From positions 1-60,636 of the IMG/VR virus record IMGVR_UViG_3300023115_000022: a stretch of DNA of 60,636 nt. One strand, written 5' to 3'. The translations under genes were made by a program, and so were the position numbers. Under the pieces are notes generated by a model that saw only the letters and a list, made by a program, of their open reading frames with translations, was not told where the DNA came from and made no database searches. How positions within the stretch are numbered: the stretch's first letter is position 1; every line of letters starts with the position of its first letter. This document shows, in pieces, positions 39,614 to 48,094 of this stretch. Source of the DNA: a virus. Its lineage: Duplodnaviria > Caudoviricetes.

Positions 39614-39868
39614 ATGCAAGATTTTTACAGTTTGCTAGGAGTTAACCAAAATTCTAGCTTAAAAGATATAAAAATTAAATTTAGAGAACTAGCAATGGTT
39701 TACCATCCTGATAGAGGCGGCAATCCTGACGAGTTTAAAAGACTAAAGACTGCATACGAATGGTTGGTCCAAAATCACAAACAGGAAAAAAACTATATAT
39801 TTGATGCTTCATCGGATGCACTATTTAAAAAATTATTTGGGAATCCCAATCCACCGTTTAGGAGATAA
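39614..39868 (+). CDS. J-domain (DnaJ-like) protein
   Basis: DFYSLLGV...YHPDRGG...F..L..AYE.L; start at 39614 chosen because ATAAGTA (39602-39608) ends 5 nt upstream. Confidence 0.9.
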   Translation: MQDFYSLLGVNQNSSLKDIKIKFRELAMVYHPDRGGNPDEFKRLKTAYEWLVQNHKQEKNYIFDASSDALFKKLFGNPNPPFRR

Positions 39869-39870
39869 TC

Positions 39871-40083
39871 ATGGCGGCTCATAAAGTAGAAATTTGTCAA
39901 TATTTACACAAAGAAACACAAACACAAAATAAAGCTCACGAAAGAATTCTAACATGGCAGATGAACCATAGATGGGTTAAACATCAATTATCACACGATA
40001 AAAGAGAATTGTTGTTTTGGTTTGATGAAGATTATGAAGAATTTAAACGTACTTGGCAATATTATTACAAAGACATTTATTGA
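39871..40083 (+). CDS. hypothetical protein (70 aa)
   Basis: AGGAG RBS. Confidence 0.6.
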   Translation: MAAHKVEICQYLHKETQTQNKAHERILTWQMNHRWVKHQLSHDKRELLFWFDEDYEEFKRTWQYYYKDIY

Positions 40084-40089
40084 TAAATA
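40082..40089 (+). promoter_or_regulatory. T4-type late promoter
   Basis: GATAAATA, GAGGA RBS downstream. Confidence 0.7.
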
Positions 40090-40111
40090 TGATATAAGCC
40101 GAGGAATATAA

Positions 40112-41320
40112 ATGTCATCAAATCCAGTAGTTAACAATATAAGAATTATTCCTAGAGACAACGCTTTCCTAAATAGAAACACAGGCTCTAGTGGAGAAAT
40201 CTATTTTAACAAAGAATTAAATTCTCTTAGACTATACAGTGGTCGACTTACTGGTGGTTACGAGGTCCTTAGTGAAGCAAATTTATCAAAAATATTAGGC
40301 GATTTGCAAACGGCAGCAATTTCTTATACTGTTACTATGGGAGTCGACACTATTGGTAGCGACCCAAACGGTAAATTTTATATAGACGGTGTAGAATCTC
40401 CAGATTTAACTTTTGTCAAAGGTTATACATATGTTTTTGATCAATCAGATTCATCAAACGCATCTTATAATAGTCTATCATGGCCAATTATGTTTGACAC
40501 AGAATCTGGACATTACACAGACGGGGTTATATTTGTTTTAGATGAAATACCTGTTACTATGTCTTATTATGTAGAAAGATTTGCTTTTGCAAATACAAGA
40601 AAAGTTTACATAACAGTAAGAAGCAATGCACCAGAAGCGATAACTTACGGAAGCTCACAAGGCGGAAATATTACTGTAGGAGTACCTGGCAGCGGCAGCG
40701 GAGGTTCTAATAGTTCTAGCATAGAAGTTTCGGATACTGCACCTAGTAGTCCTAGTCAAGGCAATATATGGTTTAATAGCGACAACGGTAGACTATATGT
40801 TTATGTTACTGATACAGATAGTAGTCAATGGATACAGCCTAGTGTGCCTGTGCCTAGCACATTTAGTAATGTTGCTATCACAGACAGTACACAGTTTAGT
40901 GCAGAAGGTTCTGATACACTTAGATTTGAAGATGGTCCGGGTATTGAAATTTCTTCAGACCCTATATCAAAAACAATTAGAATTAGTGCTTTATCTACAG
41001 GAGGAGGCGGTGGCGGAGTATCTTACGATCAAAGTTTAAATACAACTGATAGTGTAACATTTAGCAGTGTTAGTGCAACCAATTTTACAAACACTGGTGT
41101 AGGCTTACCAGAATTAGAAAGTGCTAGTTCGATAACATTAACAGCACCAGACGGTGTAATTGTTGCCGGTGGCCAACTAAGATTACCTAGTCACGATGAT
41201 GCATCAAGGGATGCTCTTATTGCAGCTAATGGTGATATGATTTATAATACAGATGATAATAAAATACAAGCGTACATTAATGGAGCTTGGAGAAGAATAG
41301 ACGATTCTGCAATTGTTTAA
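40112..41320 (+). CDS. virion structural/fibre-type protein (402 aa)
   Basis: SDTAPSSPSQGNIWFNS..GRLYVY, DQSLNTTD.V.F and GDMIYNT motifs typical of phage fibre proteins. Confidence 0.65.
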   Translation: MSSNPVVNNIRIIPRDNAFLNRNTGSSGEIYFNKELNSLRLYSGRLTGGYEVLSEANLSKILGDLQTAAISYTVTMGVDTIGSDPNGKFYIDGVESPDLTFVKGYTYVFDQSDSSNASYNSLSWPIMFDTESGHYTDGVIFVLDEIPVTMSYYVERFAFANTRKVYITVRSNAPEAITYGSSQGGNITVGVPGSGSGGSNSSSIEVSDTAPSSPSQGNIWFNSDNGRLYVYVTDTDSSQWIQPSVPVPSTFSNVAITDSTQFSAEGSDTLRFEDGPGIEISSDPISKTIRISALSTGGGGGGVSYDQSLNTTDSVTFSSVSATNFTNTGVGLPELESASSITLTAPDGVIVAGGQLRLPSHDDASRDALIAANGDMIYNTDDNKIQAYINGAWRRIDDSAIV

Positions 41321-41329
41321 GGAAAACTT

Positions 41330-42874
41330 ATGACTGAAAAAGAATATGTAGTTGTAGTAAATGCAGGAGTAGATTTAGAAGCTTTTGATGCAGAGTTAGC
41401 AGCGTCAACTGGAGAAGGACCTATACCTAATCGTGCAGTTGACATTGCAAATCCTCGAATAGGTTCAAAAAGGATGACTCATTGGATGCTTACAGACGCG
41501 GAAGCTAATACATTAATGTCTGATCCAAGAGTCTTAAGTGTAGAAATACCTGCAGATCAACGTACAGATATTTCTATAGGATTGCGAGCATTTCAAGGCG
41601 ACGATTTTACAAAACCTAGTGGCTTAGATCCTAGTGTGGTTAATTGGGGATTGCGCAGGTGTATAGAGAGTACAAATAATTACAGTAATAATAGTTCTGC
41701 AACAGGGCAGTACGAATATGCATTAGATGGAACAGGAGTTGACATTGTAATACAAGACAGCGGACTACAAGTTGATCATCCAGAATTTGCAGGCAGAGTG
41801 CAACAAATAGATTGGTATGCAGAAAGCGGATTACCAGGCACACAAAATGCTAATCATTATAGGGACTTAGACGGCCATGGAACGCATTGTGCAGGTATAG
41901 CAGCAGGTAAAACCTATGGCTGGGCAAAAAATGCTCATGTGTATAGTCAAAAATTAGCAGGGTTAGAAGGCTCTGGCGACAGTGGAACAGGAATTTCCAT
42001 TACAGATGCATTTGATACTATTAGACTTTGGCATGCAGCAAAAACAAATGGCCGTCCTACTGTTGTTAATATGAGTTGGGGATATTCAAGCACTGTAAGT
42101 GGAAACCCTACAGGAGGAACTTACAGAGGTGTTCCGTGGGTATGGAATGTTGATTATAATAATGATACGTTTTTGTGGCAAGGCACAGGCATAGTGCCTG
42201 CTGTATTTGGACCTGCTAGAGTTTATCCAGCAAGAGTTGCATCTGTTGATGCTGAAATAGACGATATGGTTGCGGCAGGCATTCATGTTTTTATAGCAGC
42301 TGGAAATGATTTATACAAAGGGGACGATGTTGGAGGTTTAGATTATGACAATAGTGTAATCTATGGCGGTACTACTTTGTATTACCATAGAGGAAGTAGT
42401 CCTCATTCAGACAATGCTATGTGTATTGGAAATATAGATTCTGCTGTACAACTTGATGGTGGAATTTACAAAGATAAAACTGCAAATACAACTTCCAGAG
42501 GACCTAGGGTTGATATATTTGCTCCAGGAACAAATATAATTAGCACATTAAGTAATTCTTCTATATATTCTACCGGAGATTATCCTGATAACACTAGTTT
42601 TAATGTTGGTAATTTGAGCGGAACTAGTATGGCTTCGCCACAAGTAGCAGGTGTTTGCGCCCTTCATCTTCAAGTTAATCCTCAAATGACTCCTGCACAA
42701 TTTAAAAGTAGGATCCAAAACGATAGTTACAATGTAATGTTTGAAACTGGTTTAGACAATGATTACAGTGTGTATCAATCTAGTTTAATGGGAGCTCCAA
42801 ATAGAGTATTATATAGCAGATATGGAACACAACCTTTAGTACAAAAAAATATAGTAACAAATGTAGGAACATAA
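41330..42874 (+). CDS. subtilisin-like serine protease (S8)
   Basis: triad motifs VIQDSG, GHGTHCAG, SGTSMASP; AAGN oxyanion motif; N-terminal propeptide-like region. Confidence 0.93.
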   Translation: MTEKEYVVVVNAGVDLEAFDAELAASTGEGPIPNRAVDIANPRIGSKRMTHWMLTDAEANTLMSDPRVLSVEIPADQRTDISIGLRAFQGDDFTKPSGLDPSVVNWGLRRCIESTNNYSNNSSATGQYEYALDGTGVDIVIQDSGLQVDHPEFAGRVQQIDWYAESGLPGTQNANHYRDLDGHGTHCAGIAAGKTYGWAKNAHVYSQKLAGLEGSGDSGTGISITDAFDTIRLWHAAKTNGRPTVVNMSWGYSSTVSGNPTGGTYRGVPWVWNVDYNNDTFLWQGTGIVPAVFGPARVYPARVASVDAEIDDMVAAGIHVFIAAGNDLYKGDDVGGLDYDNSVIYGGTTLYYHRGSSPHSDNAMCIGNIDSAVQLDGGIYKDKTANTTSRGPRVDIFAPGTNIISTLSNSSIYSTGDYPDNTSFNVGNLSGTSMASPQVAGVCALHLQVNPQMTPAQFKSRIQNDSYNVMFETGLDNDYSVYQSSLMGAPNRVLYSRYGTQPLVQKNIVTNVGT

Positions 42875-42875
42875 T

Positions 42876-43790
42876 ATGGCAATAAATTTTCCAAATACCC
42901 CAACAAATGGAGATACATTCACAAGTGGAGACACAACATGGCAGTATGACGGTACAGCCTGGAATGTTGTTATAGCAGGAAATCTTACACCTATAGATTA
43001 TTTTAAAACATTTGTTACCGATGCCGGAACTATTGTTGCAGATACACCTGCAGACACAATAAATTTATTAGGTGGCTCTAATATTACAACAAGTGTTAGT
43101 GCTGGAAATCTTAATATTGCATTTACGGGCGATGTTGCCGGTGTTACACAAAATATTTGGGAAACATTTCAAGCAGATAGCGGAAATACTAGCGCAAACA
43201 CCACCACTGACATACTTTCAGTAGTTGGCGGCACAGATATCAGTACAGAAATTACCGGAGACACACTTACTATTAATTACACTGGTTCCGGCGGCGGTGG
43301 CGGCGGAGCAAATGCTCTGAATGATTTAACAGATGTCGACACTACAGGCTATGTTGCAGGAGATTATCTTGTTAGGAAAGGACTTGCATGGGAACCAACT
43401 GGTAGAAAATGGACTTTACATTACATGCCTGCTATTGCAATGCTAACTGTTGATGCTATAGGAGTTACCGCCTATACATTTAATAGTCATTACTCAGGAA
43501 ACAATCCTACAATTTATGCACTTGCTGGAACTACCATTGGTTTTGACCTAACAAACGCTAGTGGCCATCCATTTGAAATACAAGATCCTACTTTGTCGCA
43601 ATACAACAACAATCTAGTACACATTGATGACGAAGGAGTTGTAAGCACAGGCGCATCAGCGCAAGGTAAAGAAAGAGGTGTGTTGTATTGGCAAATTCCT
43701 GAAAGTATTTCAGGTAATTACGTTTATCAATGCACTACGCATGCAGCAATGTTTGGGACAATAGTTGTAAAACGTCTCAGTGTTATTTAA
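42876..43790 (+). CDS. virion structural protein with C-terminal cupredoxin-like domain
   Basis: MAINFP..P..G...W.YDG..W N-terminus; GHPF...YQCTTHAAMFG. Confidence 0.7.
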   Translation: MAINFPNTPTNGDTFTSGDTTWQYDGTAWNVVIAGNLTPIDYFKTFVTDAGTIVADTPADTINLLGGSNITTSVSAGNLNIAFTGDVAGVTQNIWETFQADSGNTSANTTTDILSVVGGTDISTEITGDTLTINYTGSGGGGGGANALNDLTDVDTTGYVAGDYLVRKGLAWEPTGRKWTLHYMPAIAMLTVDAIGVTAYTFNSHYSGNNPTIYALAGTTIGFDLTNASGHPFEIQDPTLSQYNNNLVHIDDEGVVSTGASAQGKERGVLYWQIPESISGNYVYQCTTHAAMFGTIVVKRLSVI

Positions 43791-44052
43791 TTTGTGATTG
43801 TTGCAATAACTGTATGCATTCTTGACGTTTTTTTAGGATTTTTTCTCTAATATCTCCAGCAAGATTAGGAACAATCATATTTTTTCCGGCCGGATCGTGC
43901 CAATTATCCATATTTTGAGCCAAATGGTATATTTCGTCACAAAGTTTATTAATTCTTTGTTTTAACACAGGATTAGATGAGCTTTTAACCTTACTTCTCC
44001 ATCCTTCTAACTCTATTCTTAATTTACTGGCGTGTGCAAGTTTCGGTAACAT
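43783..44052 (-). CDS. hypothetical helical protein (89 aa)
   Basis: AGGA upstream, follows the cupin gene closely. Confidence 0.55.
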   Translation of the reverse strand: MLPKLAHASKLRIELEGWRSKVKSSSNPVLKQRINKLCDEIYHLAQNMDNWHDPAGKNMIVPNLAGDIREKILKKRQECIQLLQQSQIK

Positions 44053-44053
44053 C

Positions 44054-44428
44054 CTATTTGGCTCCTAATATACTGTCTGATTTAAACACATTGAAAAAAT
44101 CTTGTTCATTACTAGAATTATTTACCTCTGTTATGCTACTATTTTCTTCTAAACTTTGTAAACTACTTGGACGCATTGCAGGAACATGCCAAACTCCGCC
44201 TTCGCCTAGCTCTTGTTCATATAATTGACCATTATTTGTGTCGATCCACCTAAATTTAAATTTTCCGTTGTTAATAAAGTATGTTTTATCTTTATCTTTG
44301 TGAAAAATCATATCTGTACAACTTAGTTTGTTTGGAAATACTAAAATTTTGCCACTATAAGTTGGTTGGTTAGCCCAATGTATTTCATATCCCCAAGAAA
44401 ATTCCTTAACGTTATTTTGTTTGTTCAT
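44054..44428 (-). CDS. cupin-fold protein (sugar-phosphate isomerase-like)
   Basis: WGYEI.W...YSGKIL...FH..KDKT cupin pattern; start MNKQ at 44428 avoids overlap with the NUDIX gene. Confidence 0.65.
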   Translation of the reverse strand: MNKQNNVKEFSWGYEIHWANQPTYSGKILVFPNKLSCTDMIFHKDKDKTYFINNGKFKFRWIDTNNGQLYEQELGEGGVWHVPAMRPSSLQSLEENSSITEVNNSSNEQDFFNVFKSDSILGAK

Positions 44429-44438
44429 TTTAAAATCT

Positions 44439-44876
44439 CTATTGCAATAAGTCGATAACTTTAAACACAGTTTCAAGTTTAGAAAGGTTTATTTTATTAG
44501 TAAGTGTGTTTTTTAAACCGTAATGCAACGGTTTTGGCCATTTGTTAAAAGAAACCCACGCAAATCCATTGTGTTCTGCGTTGAGTGAGGGTAAAAATTC
44601 TTCATCAACTACACACAAGTATGTATGGAAGTGAAATTGTTTATCATTAGAAACAAAAGTTTCTAATGGAATAGTTTTTTTAATTTCTATTTTTCCAATT
44701 TCTTCAAAAATTTCACGCTGGAGTGCTTCCCATGGTGTTTCAGCTTCTTCATTAGTTCCACCTACCAATCCCCACATATCATTATGCTTGCCGTTTACTC
44801 TATGTAGGAATAAAAAACGTTTGGTGTTAAGTGCGTATACCAAAGCACCACTACATACTATTAATTTATCTTTCAT
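44439..44876 (-). CDS. NUDIX hydrolase
   Basis: Nudix box GGTNEEAETPWEALQREIFEEIG. Confidence 0.9.
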   Translation of the reverse strand: MKDKLIVCSGALVYALNTKRFLFLHRVNGKHNDMWGLVGGTNEEAETPWEALQREIFEEIGKIEIKKTIPLETFVSNDKQFHFHTYLCVVDEEFLPSLNAEHNGFAWVSFNKWPKPLHYGLKNTLTNKINLSKLETVFKVIDLLQ

Positions 44877-44881
44877 ATTAA

Positions 44882-44888
44882 TAGTTAT
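44882..44888 (-). promoter_or_regulatory. late promoter variant
   Basis: ATAACTA on the minus strand, 5 nt before the NUDIX ATG. Confidence 0.5.
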
Positions 44889-46430
44889 TTAAAATTCTAA
44901 ACGCCATGTTCCAACTTGATATTCGCCATCTATAGACAATATCCACTCGTCTTGATCGAATTTGTACTGGACGCCTGTATTTAGATTGGTTGTATATACA
45001 ACGGTACTATCATCTTCGCTAGAATCAAAAACAATATGCCATTTTGATCCATCCCATTCTACAATATCATTAGCACTTGCGACAAAATCAGTTCCGTCTG
45101 CATTTTTCCATGCGTCGGGCCCGTCATATCCTGGTTTACCTACATTAACACTATCATTCAAATCGCCTAAAAGGAGTATTCTTGGATTAGAACCTTTCAA
45201 ACCGTCGGGATTTGTTCTTTGAGGATCAATAATGTAATCAATTTTGCTTCTATCTCCATTTGGACCGTGGAAAACTGTATCACTAGGTAAAGTATCTGTA
45301 TCCCAGTTGATTACAATTTCTGTAGGATCACTAGGGTTAATCTGAATGTATCCTACAATTTCTGTATCCCAGTCGGTTCGTAACAATCTAAGTTCTGTAC
45401 CGTTAAGGCTTCCTGTACCTTCAAATACAAATGGCATTGATTTAAGGTAACCTAGCCATGTTTCTGCGCCTACTATACCTTTTCTAACCAGTTGGGCGGT
45501 GCTATTTAATACAAGTAGGTTATAATTATCATGACTTGTATTGATTACAACGTCTACATCAGTTTTTACTGCCTCGGGACTAGTTTCAAGTTGTTTTATA
45601 CCATCCGTCGGAACCGTTGCAACCTTGGTGTGAACATCAGTTGTTGGCACTGTAGGTGTTTCTTCTTTAGTAATAACAGTTTTAACTTCATTTTTAGGAA
45701 AGTTTCTATCTTGAAATGCTTGTAAAGTAGGTCTTGAAAGATCAACCTCAATGGTTCCTTGACTTTCATTGAATATACTTTGGACAATTGTTGTAATAAC
45801 ACCTAAACGTTTTACTTTTACAGGCGGAGAAATCCAAATAGGTGTTTGAAAATTTAAAGTTGCTATGTCGATCTCGGATTCTGTCCCCATTGGTATGCTT
45901 CTGCTACTAAAAGTTAATCCTGTTAGGTTGACTACACTTAAACTTGTCCAATCAATGTAGTTATCTGTGGTTTGTATTTCTAAACTAGGATTAAACAACA
46001 TTAAAATTTGTTCTAGTATTTGTAATTTTTGATCAGTATTGCTACTCCAAATATCTACATTTACTGAAAGCAAATAAGGAGTAGGCATTAATCTTTCTAC
46101 AGTGTAGTTTTTGCCTTCTGTGTTTAAATATTCCTGGCCTGCGCTATCATATGCACGTTCTCTAATGTTTAGTTTGTTTACATAACTAGAATCGCTAAGA
46201 CGGTTTGTATCTTGTTCTAGAGCAGATACATAAACAGCCATTCTAGGTGCGCTAGGAATTTTGTTTTCTGAGTTTTCTCTAATAATATTAGCAACTTGTC
46301 TAGTCAAGTCGCCATACATGACAGGTACTTGTACCAAAGCACCTTTGCCATCTTTATAACTAAAGTTACTCATTAATCTTACGATTTGAGTAATGTAACG
46401 CCTTATTTGTCCGTCATAAAAATGTTGCAT
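44889..46430 (-). CDS. gp15: tail sheath stabiliser/tail completion protein (T4 gp15-like) with C-terminal extension
   Basis: FYD..IRRY, VPV.YG, PRM, PTPY.L...IW......LQILEQIL..FNP. Confidence 0.85.
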   Translation of the reverse strand: MQHFYDGQIRRYITQIVRLMSNFSYKDGKGALVQVPVMYGDLTRQVANIIRENSENKIPSAPRMAVYVSALEQDTNRLSDSSYVNKLNIRERAYDSAGQEYLNTEGKNYTVERLMPTPYLLSVNVDIWSSNTDQKLQILEQILMLFNPSLEIQTTDNYIDWTSLSVVNLTGLTFSSRSIPMGTESEIDIATLNFQTPIWISPPVKVKRLGVITTIVQSIFNESQGTIEVDLSRPTLQAFQDRNFPKNEVKTVITKEETPTVPTTDVHTKVATVPTDGIKQLETSPEAVKTDVDVVINTSHDNYNLLVLNSTAQLVRKGIVGAETWLGYLKSMPFVFEGTGSLNGTELRLLRTDWDTEIVGYIQINPSDPTEIVINWDTDTLPSDTVFHGPNGDRSKIDYIIDPQRTNPDGLKGSNPRILLLGDLNDSVNVGKPGYDGPDAWKNADGTDFVASANDIVEWDGSKWHIVFDSSEDDSTVVYTTNLNTGVQYKFDQDEWILSIDGEYQVGTWRLEF

Positions 46431-48094
46431 TAATTTCCAGCCTCAAAATTTTCAATTTGTGAAATCATGTCTCTATCACGCATTCTTCTAAAGTCGCGCT
46501 TGTTTACATTAGTAATTGTTACCCGCGCCATACCTGGACGAGCACCATAAGGTAATCTTATGTAATAATAATTTCCATCAGGGAAAGGATTTTTGGAAAC
46601 AGCAATTCGTCTACCGTCATATATAGCAGCAAGGAATGGTGTTGCCTCCATTTCACCTGTTTCATTGTTAGCAATATCTATAGATAAAAATATCTGCTGA
46701 TCGTTTGGCAATACTGCGTCTTCTAAATCACCGTATGCTTCTTCTTGCCTACGATTAATTTCATCTGTGATAACACCGGCAAATTTTAAAAAACGCATTC
46801 CTACAACATCTTGCATTGACCTAGGGCTTGCCAGTTCGTCATCTTTAAGCATAAGTGACATTTGAAGTGGCCTTTCCGAAGGATCTACTTGGTATACATA
46901 GCCCATATATACTATTTCTATAGGATCATAAAGTCCTGCATCAGGATTTAAAATAGTTTTATCTGCTTCGTCAGATTCTATAGCATTTTCATTTGCCTCA
47001 GCAAAAGCAAGTCTTCCTAGTCCGTATTCGGGATAAACAAATCTATATCCAAATGGCACAATTACACTGTTAATTTGTGCAATGTTTTCTGCTGACCGAG
47101 GTTCTCTCTGATAATCGCTTATAATATCTTCAATTACATTACTACCAAATTCCTGTTGATACATTTCCACAACTGCATTGAAATGTTCTCTGCTCTGAAT
47201 TCTTTGAAGTGCTCCTAATACTTTGTTTTCATTAGTTCCTGCACCAAATAATCCTTGTCTTAGTTGTTCTATTATAGATGGAATAGCCTCTTCTTGGTCT
47301 CCTGGTAATCCACCTTCTTCTCCTGAAATGCCTTCATCTCCTGCTTCACCTTCATTGCCGCCACCGCCGGGAAGGTTTATAGTAGGACCTACAGGATTTC
47401 CGTCAACATCTACGTAATTCATATTGTTGTCCATCCTGTTAACCTGTTCTCCCGTCTCGTCATGCAAGTTATCTCTATTTGCATCAACACGATCCGCCCA
47501 TGCATTTTGTTGGTCAATAACTTCTTGTGCGTTCATCATAGTAACATCTGATATTTCTGGTTCTGGTTCTGTTTCTGTAGGTGGTGTTTCTGTTGGTGTC
47601 TCTTCAGGTGGTGTTTCTGTTGGTGTCTCTTCAGGTGGTGTTTCTGTTGGTGTCTCTTCAGGTGGTGTTTCTGTTGGTGTCTCTTCAGGTTCTGTAGGTT
47701 CGTCTTCTCTTTCTTCCGGATCAATTTCTGTTTTATCCGGATCCGACTCAGGGGGTTTGACTTCACTGTCTCCGCTTACATCATCCTCTCCAGGAATTGG
47801 TATTTCTCCATCATCTTGAGGTGCAGGATCAAGAGCAGCTACATCTAATGGTGATTGAGTACCGCCAGGGCCTGATAAGAACATATTTTTTATAGTTCTG
47901 TCCGGATAATCTTGACTCATCCAATATTCTGCTGTTCTACGCATTAATTCCGGATCGTTTCTTAAATCGTCCGGTATTGGCCCAAAGTACACAGGCTTAC
48001 CTTCGTCATCAAAAACAACTAATACATAATAGTTTTGAGTATCTGGTCTAGGCGGTGTTTGTTCTTGCTCTTTTATAAATTCTTTAAATCTCAT
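46430..48094 (-). CDS. acidic low-complexity protein with an annexin-like repeat; candidate head-internal protein (554 aa)
   Basis: MRFKEFIKE N-terminus; PEETPTETP x4; LRQGLFGAGTNE...Y.QEFG.NVIEDI.SD. Confidence 0.6.
   Translation of the reverse strand: MRFKEFIKEQEQTPPRPDTQNYYVLVVFDDEGKPVYFGPIPDDLRNDPELMRRTAEYWMSQDYPDRTIKNMFLSGPGGTQSPLDVAALDPAPQDDGEIPIPGEDDVSGDSEVKPPESDPDKTEIDPEEREDEPTEPEETPTETPPEETPTETPPEETPTETPPEETPTETPPTETEPEPEISDVTMMNAQEVIDQQNAWADRVDANRDNLHDETGEQVNRMDNNMNYVDVDGNPVGPTINLPGGGGNEGEAGDEGISGEEGGLPGDQEEAIPSIIEQLRQGLFGAGTNENKVLGALQRIQSREHFNAVVEMYQQEFGSNVIEDIISDYQREPRSAENIAQINSVIVPFGYRFVYPEYGLGRLAFAEANENAIESDEADKTILNPDAGLYDPIEIVYMGYVYQVDPSERPLQMSLMLKDDELASPRSMQDVVGMRFLKFAGVITDEINRRQEEAYGDLEDAVLPNDQQIFLSIDIANNETGEMEATPFLAAIYDGRRIAVSKNPFPDGNYYYIRLPYGARPGMARVTITNVNKRDFRRMRDRDMISQIENFEAGN
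47579..47690. repeat. tandem repeat, four perfect 27-nt units
   Basis: AGGTGGTGTTTCTGTTGGTGTCTCTTC x4, in frame on the minus strand. Confidence 0.95.
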
